A stretch of 64,000 bases of DNA from a virus. The translations under genes and the position numbers were made by a program. The notes under the pieces were generated by a model. It worked only from the letters and a program-made list of their open reading frames with translations. It searched no databases and was not told where the DNA came from. The DNA is taken from IMG/VR virus record IMGVR_UViG_3300036715_000227, positions 2,353-66,352 of that record; one strand, written 5' to 3'. Numbering within the stretch: the stretch's first letter is position 1; each line of letters opens with the position of its first letter. This document shows positions 9,531 to 16,893 of this stretch, piece by piece.

Positions 9531-10091
9531 TTAATTTGGACCCAAAGCGGCTAATTCAGTACTGTACTCTTTGCCGTCTACTTCACGTGCATAGCTATCA
9601 CGGTCTGTATAAGCAGAGTCTGTCCATCCAGGGACTGAATCTTTGAAATCTCGTGCTATCTCGTGTATAGCCCGGACAGGACGAGTGGAAGGAATTTTGT
9701 GTTCTTTTTTGTTTTCAAACACATCCACTGTCTCATTAGCTTTCCAATACACACCATCGATTACGATGTTGTATGAGTTAAACGCAATCTTCTTTATCGT
9801 CTCTTCCATCTGAGAAAGCTTAACAGTCGAAGTGTGCTTACTCATTGCAAAGTGCTTGGTAGTCTCAATGGTTACAATGAAGTAGTGAGCACGTTCATCA
9901 AGTAGATGAACACGGTAGCGATACATGCCGTTGATAACTTCGTATGAAGCAAGAGCGTCATGCACTGCTTTCTTTACCATTTCCTCGCGCCATTGCTTTC
10001 TTTCAGTCAGCGTCATCTTTACAGGATCTACTGTAGTAGGCCCGAAGTCTGCTGGTTGTTTAATAAACTTTTTCTTAAAGAAGGAGAACAT
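9531..10091 (-). CDS. hypothetical protein
   Basis: 186 aa ORF, TAAATA upstream. Confidence 0.7.
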   Translation of the reverse strand: MFSFFKKKFIKQPADFGPTTVDPVKMTLTERKQWREEMVKKAVHDALASYEVINGMYRYRVHLLDERAHYFIVTIETTKHFAMSKHTSTVKLSQMEETIKKIAFNSYNIVIDGVYWKANETVDVFENKKEHKIPSTRPVRAIHEIARDFKDSVPGWTDSAYTDRDSYAREVDGKEYSTELAALGPN

Positions 10092-10152
10092 AGTATTGTA
10101 CTTTAGTACTATTTAGTGAATAGTTGCTTTATCATTTTACTATGCTATAACG

Positions 10153-10243
10153 TGGTACGAGCGTAGGGAATCAAACCCTATCAAAGCCGCTAATCTGGCG
10201 GAAAGAGTGTATAAGGCTCCTCGGACTATCAAGTCTCGCTCGC
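10153..10243 (-). tRNA. atypical tRNA(UAU), Ile anticodon with long variable arm
   Basis: GCGAGCG/CGCTCGT acceptor, 4-nt D loop, CT-TAT-AC, CCGC/GCGG arm, CCA. Confidence 0.7.
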
Positions 10244-10451
10244 ATGGGATTGGGAAGGCGTATGGAGTTTTACCCCAGGCGTTAATCGGCTTTTATAGTC
10301 CCCACCTCGTTGGACCACCGTGCCTCTGTACTTCTTGCAAGAAACCTTTTGTTGCATAGTGTTTTTATCAGTTTATTATTCACTACATCACGACGCTATG
10401 CCAACTAAATTGGCGCGCTGCTCGATACCTTCTACGGCGGGCAACAAATAT

Positions 10452-10567
10452 AACAGGATCACTTTAATTGGCGGCTGTGCTACCATTACACTAACAAGAC
10501 ACTCCGTGCCCTGCCCGGAATCGAACCGGACTCGCTGCTTGGATTTATTAAATGCTGGACTGATCCT
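10452..10567 (-). ncRNA. YrlA-like RNA: CAGCAA stem plus permuted tRNA domain
   Basis: AGGATCA-GTC-CAGCA; T arm CCGG-TTCGATT-CCGG, loop-closed acceptor, D arm GTGT-AATGGTA-GCAC; TGATCCT-GTT. Confidence 0.8.
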
Positions 10568-10572
10568 AAAAC

Positions 10573-10648
10573 TGGTTGCAGGTCTTGGATTTGAACCAAG
10601 GATGGCTAAGGCTTATGAGACCTCGCTGGTGACCAGACCCTACCTGCG
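10573..10648 (-). tRNA. tRNA(CAU), initiator-like (C1xA72)
   Basis: CGCAGGT/ACCTGCA, CT-CAT-AA; lacks the GGG/CCC anticodon stem. Confidence 0.75.
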
Positions 10649-10653
10649 TTAAA

Positions 10654-10833
10654 TTGTTTTAAGGCTGACGTCTTCTACTGTGTACAGGGATCGAACCTGC
10701 CTACCCGCCGCTCTGGACGGTGTCCGCACCTTGCCGACTTACACATCAATACTCTAAATGACGCGGTAACGCCAAGAACAGTAAAGGAAGATTACAGACC
10801 TACTGACGATTACCGTCATCAGCCTTAAAACAA
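10654..10833 (-). ncRNA. 180-nt RNA closed by a 15-bp stem, with tRNA-like core (copy 1)
   Basis: TTGTTTTAAGGCTGA..TCAGCCTTAAAACAA; internal GCAGG-TTCGATC-CCTGT. Confidence 0.65.
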
Positions 10834-10858
10834 CTATCAAACTATTTATGCTAAAAGG

Positions 10859-11003
10859 TTTACGTTCGTGCCACGTGCAATACATAACACTGCGCCAATG
10901 TTACTGCAATATCCGAGAAGGGCGGATAATTTATCGGGTGTCCCAGCAGTTACAATACATGACAAACGTAGCTTTTCTCTCTTGGCCGCTACTCGAACGT
11001 AAA
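10859..11003 (-). ncRNA. candidate closed structured RNA
   Basis: 10-bp terminal stem TTTACGTTCG/CGAACGTAAA, internal stems. Confidence 0.5.
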
Positions 11004-11005
11004 TT

Positions 11006-11114
11006 TGGTGGATTGTAAGGGACTTGAACCCTTGTCTGACCAAGAGTGCGTTGGCGCCCACTCGATAATGCTCCTACAGCTATTCACTGTGCATGTGACC
11101 ATCCTTGACAACCC
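11006..11114 (-). ncRNA. tRNA-Ala/tmRNA-like acceptor RNA without anticodon arm
   Basis: GGGTTGT/ACAATCC-A-CCA with G3.U70, GAC-AAGGG-TTCAAGT-CCCTT, no D stem. Confidence 0.6.
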
Positions 11115-11213
11115 AAAATTGATTGCAAGCTTCCTTGACTTGCAGCGCCGCTTTACCATGGTTTTTATTTTGTGACGGAAGCGTTTCTCACCATAAACCG
11201 TCAAAGGATTATT

Positions 11214-11288
11214 TGGTACTGCTACGGGGAGTCGAACCCCGCTTTACAGGATGAAAACCTGTTGACCTAACCGATAGTCGATAGCAGC
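11214..11288 (-). tRNA. tRNA-Glu(UUC)
   Basis: ACAGG-TTTTCAT-CCTGT. Confidence 0.9.
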
Positions 11289-11390
11289 GAAATATGTGGA
11301 CCTAGTTTTCTGTTATATGGCCCATCGAACATGGTGACTTGAAGTCCTGCTTGACATTGTGGTGCAGGGAACCTTGTCGTCTTCAAATTC

Positions 11391-11552
11391 TTACGAGATA
11401 TTATCTAGCGTAATATTTTCTGGCTTACTTGAATCGTAGCCAGTTACTAAGCCTGCTTTAATATCAGCAGCTACTTGTGCAAGCGCAGCTAATACTGATG
11501 TAGCAGTGATTGCTTTGTATAATTTACCTTGGATGTATGCGTTAAAGTTCAT
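11391..11552 (-). CDS. 53-aa hypothetical protein, paralog of the next ORF
   Basis: MNFNAYIQGKLYK..YDSSKPENITL, AAGGA RBS; below ORF-track cutoff. Confidence 0.7.
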   Translation of the reverse strand: MNFNAYIQGKLYKAITATSVLAALAQVAADIKAGLVTGYDSSKPENITLDNIS

Positions 11553-11561
11553 AATTTATCC

Positions 11562-11786
11562 TTAATCTGCGTCTGGTGTAGATTCACCCTTGACGTCTAC
11601 ATCGTAGTCTTCTGGTACTACTTTGATATGATCGGGCTTCTTGCTGTCATACCATGGAATTTCTGTGTGAACTGTAGCAGTTGCTAACAGGTTGGTCATC
11701 TCCCATACTAACGACATAGAATTGTCAGTTTCGAAAGTCTTGTAATACTTTCCTTGGACGTATACTTCGTATTGTTTTGCCATCAT
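11562..11786 (-). CDS. hypothetical protein
   Basis: YEVYVQGKYYK..YDSKKPDHIKV, AAGGAG RBS. Confidence 0.7.
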   Translation of the reverse strand: MMAKQYEVYVQGKYYKTFETDNSMSLVWEMTNLLATATVHTEIPWYDSKKPDHIKVVPEDYDVDVKGESTPDAD

Positions 11787-11834
11787 AACTCCTTGTTATT
11801 GTTATAATGTATTTACACGAAATCACGATTAAAA

Positions 11835-11908
11835 TGGTGGAGGATGCGAGAGTCGAACTCGCGAATGAGCCTTGCAAAGGCACCGGTTTCCCACTAGCCT
11901 AATCCCCC
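11835..11908 (-). tRNA. tRNA-Ala(UGC)
   Basis: Loop TT-TGC-AA, G3.U70. Confidence 0.88.
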
Positions 11909-11937
11909 ATAAAGTATTTAGCAATACTTAACTAACT

Positions 11938-12021
11938 TGGTGCCCTAGGCGAGACTCGAACTCGCAACCCTCTCGGGGACAGTTTCTAAGACTGCTGTGT
12001 AAACCATTCCACCACCAGGGC
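11938..12021 (-). tRNA. tRNA-Leu(UAG)
   Basis: GCAGT-CTTAGAA-ACTGT, long variable arm. Confidence 0.92.
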
Positions 12022-12214
12022 ATTATATACATGTATTTAGCTGCAATGAGCTACCTACTAAATTTTTTATTTTTGTTTTTGTTCTTATTTGGCCTTCTTA
12101 TGCACTGAAGACCAAGCATCTATTTCATCGTCACCTAACATATGACCAAACGCAGACGATTCAAACTCTGGCACAACTTATTATAACACAAATCTATGCA
12201 CTATAAATATTATT

Positions 12215-12727
12215 ATGCCCAAATATCACAATGAACTCGGCTGGCCAACGCTGCCAGCGGAACTCGAAAAACAAGTACTAGACCTCGTACACATTGCACC
12301 TAACATCTGGCCCACAAAGGCTAGAGAGGGTGATTACTTCCAATACGAAGTCCCTGAAAACATTAAGGAATGGTGCTATACTAATTTGCCCATTTCCCGC
12401 GAATACTGGATTCGTATACACCGCTTCACTAATCACGAAGCAGATGATATACATATCGACCAAAACAGAAGTGACGGATACAATTATCTCGTAACACCTG
12501 CTGGACCAACTACCGAATGGTACTCTGATCGTTTCGGAACAGAAGTACTCGAAAATACTGTGTGCAAACAAAGCACTTGGTACTGGTTTGATGTTTCGAC
12601 TATGCATACTGTACGCGGCATGACCGAAGATCGTATCGCAATAACAACTTTCTTGCCTAAACCTTGGCGTAACTATTCTAACAACGACTTTAGAGTCGAA
12701 GCTGGATTACCTAAGTGGGGCGAATAA
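12215..12727 (+). CDS. cupin/2OG-Fe(II) oxygenase-like protein
   Basis: HxD (IHID)..H (MHTV)..R pattern; T4-type late promoter TATAAATA at 12202. Confidence 0.6.
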   Translation: MPKYHNELGWPTLPAELEKQVLDLVHIAPNIWPTKAREGDYFQYEVPENIKEWCYTNLPISREYWIRIHRFTNHEADDIHIDQNRSDGYNYLVTPAGPTTEWYSDRFGTEVLENTVCKQSTWYWFDVSTMHTVRGMTEDRIAITTFLPKPWRNYSNNDFRVEAGLPKWGE

Positions 12728-12942
12728 GATTTCCGACGTCATAGACAGGGCTTCTACACATTATAGTCCAAGCTGCTTACTATCGTATTGCTTGCATCGG
12801 GAAATTGAATTTGTTTATCGCACATAGTATCCAAGCTATATGCCGATGCATTACTGCACTGCCACACGCATCAGTACGACAGACTGTGCCTTGGTCGACT
12901 AACCTGTCCAGTAGGTATCCGTGTGCTCACATAAACAAAACT

Positions 12943-13040
12943 TGGTGCAGTAATTGGGATTCGAACCCAACTCACATCTGTCATTTCTACAATGGGTAAC
13001 GTTACTTCCCATCGCTATATACCCCTCAGCTAATTACTGC
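12943..13040 (-). ncRNA. tRNA-like RNA with non-canonical anticodon region
   Basis: Perfect acceptor, T arm and CCA; 11-nt loop overlapping palindrome GTAACGTTAC. Confidence 0.6.
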
Positions 13041-13086
13041 CTACTCATATACAGACACAGACTCGTCGCCTAACTTACCGCAAAAC

Positions 13087-13187
13087 TGAATAGTGTGACA
13101 GGATTCTCACCTGCAAACATCCTAGGCGTTAGTTGCATACGCTGGCAACTGTTTCCGCCGGGGTTCTAAATGTTGAACTACACACTA
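13087..13187 (-). ncRNA. tRNA-like RNA with hairpin inserted in the anticodon arm
   Basis: TAGTGTG/CACACTA, GTTC/GAAC D stem, GCAGG-TGAGAAT-CCTGT. Confidence 0.5.
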
Positions 13188-13190
13188 ATA

Positions 13191-13264
13191 TGGAGGCCAG
13201 GGATGGAGTTAAACCACCCTCCCCAGGTTTGCAACCTGATACATAAACGATCTGCCACCTGGCC
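13191..13264 (-). tRNA. tRNA-Cys(GCA)
   Basis: TT-GCA-AA, U73. Confidence 0.85.
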
Positions 13265-13272
13265 ATAAAAAC

Positions 13273-13350
13273 TGGAACACACGATCAGATTTGAACTGAT
13301 GATTTTCTGGGTTTGCAATCCAGTGCGTTGGGCCGCTCCGCCACGTGTGC
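13273..13350 (-). tRNA. tRNA-Cys(GCA)
   Basis: TT-GCA-AA, U73. Confidence 0.88.
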
Positions 13351-13477
13351 ATAAAAATAATTTGTAGTAGGCTGAGACACAACTCAATTAGTTTGCGCTT
13401 CGATATTTAACGACTGCCCTAATACTAAGCATTCCGCAACGCCTTTTATCACCCACCAGGGGATTTACTACAAAACT

Positions 13478-13555
13478 TGGTCTCAGTATAAGGATTCGAA
13501 CCTTAGACCCCTGCGTCCCAAACGCAGTGCTCTAACCAGACTGAGCTACACTGAG
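13478..13555 (-). tRNA. tRNA-Pro(UGG)
   Basis: CTGCG-TTTGGGA-CGCAG. Confidence 0.93.
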
Positions 13556-13562
13556 AAAATAC

Positions 13563-13619
13563 AACAGGATTCGCTTTTTTCATAAACGTTGAAATTTTTG
13601 AATTTGCTGAAAGAATCCT
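13563..13619 (-). ncRNA. CAGCAA-stem RNA, minimal form
   Basis: AGGATTC-TTT-CAGCAA..GAATCCT-GTT. Confidence 0.7.
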
Positions 13620-13625
13620 AAAACT

Positions 13626-13700
13626 TGGCGGGCCGCCTAGGACTCGAACCCAGACCTAACGGATTTGGAATCCGCGATGCTGCCATTACACTAACGACCC
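13626..13700 (-). tRNA. tRNA-Trp(CCA)
   Basis: GCGGA-TTCCAAA-TCCGT. Confidence 0.9.
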
Positions 13701-13708
13701 ACTAAATT

Positions 13709-13783
13709 TGGTGCGACCGGGGAATTCCGACATCCCGACCAAGAGATTATGAGTCTCCTGCTCTTCCTCTGAGCTACAGTCGC
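13709..13783 (-). tRNA. tRNA(CAU), Met or Ile2
   Basis: GGAGA-CTCATAA-TCTCT; odd T loop. Confidence 0.8.
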
Positions 13784-13787
13784 GATA

Positions 13788-13897
13788 CCATATAGAAGTG
13801 CATTTGTTTCCTAGCTTTCGGTAGACATGCCTGTCCTTTCGGGTAGCCCCTGCGTCCAGTTGCTAGGTACCCCAACCGTAAATACACTTCTATATGG
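13788..13897 (-). ncRNA. candidate closed structured RNA (~110 nt)
   Basis: 18-bp terminal stem CCATATAGAAGTG../..CACTTCTATATGG, GAAA/GCAA tetraloops. Confidence 0.55.
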
Positions 13898-13908
13898 CCA
13901 CTGCAAAG

Positions 13909-13982
13909 TGGTAGGACGCCTCGGTACCGACCCGAGTTCTACAGGGTAAAAGCCTGTTGCTTCACTTTAAAGCTTGCATCCC
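13909..13982 (-). tRNA. atypical tRNA-Lys(UUU)
   Basis: ACAGG-CTTTTAC-CCTGT; T loop GTCGGTA; D loop lacks GG. Confidence 0.8.
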
Positions 13983-13987
13983 ATATT

Positions 13988-14063
13988 TGGTCCACTGCCT
14001 CAGAATCGAACTGAGTATCCTCCGGGTAAGAGCCGGCTGCTTCGCCACTAAAGCTTGCAGTGG
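13988..14063 (-). tRNA. tRNA-Lys(CUU)
   Basis: CCGG-CTCTTAC-CCGG, CCA. Confidence 0.85.
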
Positions 14064-14126
14064 TTGGTCACATTTTAATTTTCTTTTATGTGCCAACCAA
14101 GACCAAATATGGGATCTAAGTTGACA

Positions 14127-14153
14127 CTATAGTTTACGAGATTTTCGTTTCAT
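14127..14153 (-). CDS. Lys/Arg-rich leader peptide MKRKSRKL
   Basis: AAGAAGG RBS, ATG AAA CGA AAA TCT CGT AAA CTA TAG, then long hairpin. Confidence 0.6.
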   Translation of the reverse strand: MKRKSRKL

Positions 14154-14258
14154 ATAGTACCTTCTTTCATTAAATTTAAACTAACACATATGACAGGAAT
14201 CGAACCTATCCGCTTTCGGCTTCAAATCCGACTAGCAACACAGTCCAAGTTAATAACT

Positions 14259-14332
14259 TGGAGCGGGGTAGGAGAATCGAACTCCTTTGACTAGCTTGGA
14301 AGGCTAGGACACAACCAATATGCCAACTCCGC
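14259..14332 (-). tRNA. tRNA-Gly(UCC)
   Basis: CTAGC-CTTCCAA-GCTAG. Confidence 0.9.
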
Positions 14333-14339
14333 ATAATAA

Positions 14340-14520
14340 TTGTTTTAAGGCTGAAATCTTGTAACTGTATGTCAGGGTCGACCCTTTACACTTCCCCCGA
14401 AAATTAGGGGCTTGCTTCCATTACAATAATACAAACATCCTTACCACTTGTGCTGCAACACGCATGGACAAGAGCCAAGACTCAGTCTGCTTCAATTTGC
14501 AGATATCAGCCTTAAAACAA
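14340..14520 (-). ncRNA. 181-nt RNA closed by the same 15-bp stem (copy 2)
   Basis: Identical TTGTTTTAAGGCTGA/TCAGCCTTAAAACAA ends, divergent tRNA-like interior. Confidence 0.62.
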
Positions 14521-14527
14521 CTAACAA

Positions 14528-15189
14528 ATATGACCTGCCGCTACGTTGGGACTCTTACCCCAGTTTTTCTCAGCATCCAGTTTCCCTTAGCTGACGCTGT
14601 TTATGGCCTTTTCAGGAACATCACTGCAAAGAGCACTGCGGAAGGATGATGCCCTACTGTTTACTATCTCGGTTAATTACTCCGACTAATTAATTGGGAA
14701 TACACGGCGTTTGAATTGGACTTAACCAATCCCTACTTCTGTCCCTGGCAACATCACCGCCGACATCACTCTTCATACCCTACTGGACCGACTTTGCTCA
14801 TCGTTTGTCACATTGCTGTGAAGACCGGAACATTGTTCCGGTTCGGTTTCGCATCTACTCTCTTACTGGTTGATGTCTTAGTATTAGTCCCGGAGTATAT
14901 TCACATGCACAGAGGACCGGGCTCCATGTGCCGCTATACAACCACAATCACTAAACGCTTGCCGGCGTAAACGACCCCGGGGCGCTGATCGACTGTAAAT
15001 CATATTCAAACACATTAAAAGAAATCTAACACTGCTGTGGCTTAGTACGTCCAGCCAATGCTAAAAGGAATCCAATGCATTTGAATATGACCCCTTATGC
15101 TTCGCAGCATCTTCACGATGTAGCGGACTGTTAAAGCGTATTGCCGCAAACTTGGGCTCAGCACTGTCATCAGCTTAGGGAAATCATAT
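14528..15189 (-). ncRNA. large ornate ncRNA (~660 nt), GOLLD/ROOL-class candidate
   Basis: No credible ORF; long-range pairs ATATGA/TCATAT, TTTCCCTAAGCTGATG/CGTCAGCTAAGGGAAA, CCGCTAC/GTAGCGG; many AGUA motifs. Confidence 0.7.
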
Positions 15190-15339
15190 CTCATTAAATT
15201 TTTAATGAACAAAATGTGTTTCTCGCATTAGGTCATTTCTGCCGTCTGCTACCTTATTGCCCCATCTAGTGGTGTGCAATCAAACACTAAACTCTTGCAG
15301 TTAACTCGATCATTTACTGCTTTATTTAACTTATGTCTT

Positions 15340-15461
15340 ATTATACAATAAGAACAATTACTTAGCAAGTTCTTTTAACATTGTGTCTACCAACTTTCGT
15401 TGCCGTTTCCGTTAACTACTTACTAAGCTTCTATTATACATTAAGATGTATTATTGCGCAA
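15340..15461 (-). promoter_or_regulatory. two tandem sigma70-type promoters
   Basis: TTGCGC-N17-TATAAT and TTGCTA-N17-TATAAT, each with TCTTAWTG before the -10. Confidence 0.7.
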
Positions 15462-15723
15462 CCTTGTTTTGGTCTTTGTGCATCAATGCACCCCACTTTA
15501 GGGTAAACATAAATGTGCTGTCTGTTTCCACAGTGAACACAGCCCATGCCTTCTTAACCTTACCCCAGCGGTAATCATATTCTCGTTCGTATGTGAATGC
15601 GTAAAAATCCGCATCCAACTCTGTTTCCATTGCCCACATCAAGATCTCGTCAACGAATTCCTGGCGTGCATATTTGTGCTCGTCCCTTGTTAGGTAGACG
15701 GGCATTTCGATTCTAACTTTCAT
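15451..15723 (-). CDS. hypothetical protein
   Basis: 90 aa, AAGGAG RBS. Confidence 0.7.
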   Translation of the reverse strand: MKVRIEMPVYLTRDEHKYARQEFVDEILMWAMETELDADFYAFTYEREYDYRWGKVKKAWAVFTVETDSTFMFTLKWGALMHKDQNKVAQ

Positions 15724-15794
15724 TTTGCGCTCCTTTAGTTTGCACTAATGAGTCGCGGTGAAGTGTGGTTGGCAGAACATTTTTGATTCCTAAT

Positions 15795-15848
15795 TGGTGG
15801 TCGGCCCACAGAGTCATGACCTCTGAATGCGCCCGGGCAATACCGACC
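15795..15848 (-). ncRNA. 54-nt mini tRNA-like RNA
   Basis: GGTCGGT/GCCGACC-A-CCA, CAGAG-GTCATGA-CTCTG arm, no anticodon arm. Confidence 0.5.
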
Positions 15849-15854
15849 GTAAAA

Positions 15855-15945
15855 TGGCGGAAGAAGGAGGAATTGAACCCCGACCAGCGTAAGCCAGTCC
15901 CTTGTTTTCCAAACAAGTGCCGAGACCACTCGGTCAACATCTTCC
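15855..15945 (-). tRNA. tRNA-Ser(GGA), possible 8/4 fold
   Basis: CTTGT-TTGGAAA-ACAAG, CCGAG-TGGT-CTCGG D arm. Confidence 0.8.
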
Positions 15946-15951
15946 TAAATT

Positions 15952-16039
15952 TGGCGGGATGTGATGGAGTCGAACCATCACCGCTATTAACAGTGGAACG
16001 GTATTCAAAGCCGCTTAACCTCCAAGGTCTCCACATCCC
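15952..16039 (-). tRNA. tRNA-Ser(UGA), possible 8/4 fold
   Basis: TT-TGA-AT, GGGATGTG/CACATCCC. Confidence 0.82.
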
Positions 16040-16047
16040 ATATTCTT

Positions 16048-16134
16048 TGGCGGATCTTAAAAGAATCGAACTTTCACCGTTTTCACAGTGGGTCGGTATT
16101 CGAAGCCGATTAGCGCCCAGCGCACCTAAGATCC
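16048..16134 (-). tRNA. tRNA-Ser(CGA), possible 8/4 fold
   Basis: TT-CGA-AT, GGATCTTA/TAAGATCC. Confidence 0.82.
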
Positions 16135-16893
16135 TTAAAACTTACGTGCCAGTATATGTGCAGTTTGCAATATACGTGGCGGATATGCGACCTGATTCGG
16201 GGCCGCAAACCAACCAGGATTAAAATCCTGTGTTGTATTAAATTTCTCTATCTTCCATCCCATGTAGTATAACACCGATGTTAACCACGGAACGTTGGGC
16301 ATAGCAACTAATGTCACTGAATCGCCCATATTCTTACTGTTTGAGTTGCCCGAGAAGTTACTCGTTGCACTATTAAAGCGATATTCTAGTGATGGAACAC
16401 CGGTTACTGATGAAACAGTCTCTGTTAAAATCATCTGCTTTATGTCGCTGTTTGATATAACTTCCAACACTGAGATAGGATTTGCAATCTCTCCGAGAAA
16501 CTTGCAAAGCATAACAGTGTCAATACCATGACACTCGTTATACAAGTAATCTTGCTTTTCTGCATCACCAAGTAAAAACTTGTAATTCTTTACACTCAAT
16601 TGATCAAATGCATAGTCTGCTATTGCATTTGGCTCTGGCTTGATGTTTATGCCTGTTACTGATTGTGCACCACGTTGAGCTGCAATGAACGGCATGTATC
16701 CGTGATAAGAACCAACATCTAAAATGTTTTTGTCTTTGATGTAGCTATCATCACTAAACGCAAGCTCGTATCGTTGCCTGTCGGGAGTGATGTAATCTAC
16801 ATTGCGTTGTGGCACATACTCTGCATACGGCACAAGTCCGGTATGCGCGAGATGGTCAAAGTATTGTTTATAATAGTAACTTGGAATTAGCAT
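16135..16893 (-). CDS. class I SAM-dependent methyltransferase
   Basis: ILDVGSYHG..GAQSVTGI motif I/II. Confidence 0.8.
   Translation of the reverse strand: MLIPSYYYKQYFDHLAHTGLVPYAEYVPQRNVDYITPDRQRYELAFSDDSYIKDKNILDVGSYHGYMPFIAAQRGAQSVTGINIKPEPNAIADYAFDQLSVKNYKFLLGDAEKQDYLYNECHGIDTVMLCKFLGEIANPISVLEVISNSDIKQMILTETVSSVTGVPSLEYRFNSATSNFSGNSNSKNMGDSVTLVAMPNVPWLTSVLYYMGWKIEKFNTTQDFNPGWFAAPNQVAYPPRILQTAHILARKF

Noticed and set aside
10250-10327. tRNA-like stretch with loop CTATAAA
   Set aside because: Stems too degenerate and no CCA; at most a pseudo-tRNA.
10846-11061. ORF ending NLLA*, read as a tmRNA tag frame
   Set aside because: It lies 3' of the CCA, has no resume context and overlaps a separate closed stem; probably chance.
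14127-14129. UAG readthrough signal at the Lys leader
   Set aside because: The readthrough frame runs into tRNA sequence; the antisense match explains the hairpin better.
14185-14250. T arm plus UGA-like loop
   Set aside because: No D arm, acceptor or CCA; decayed remnant.
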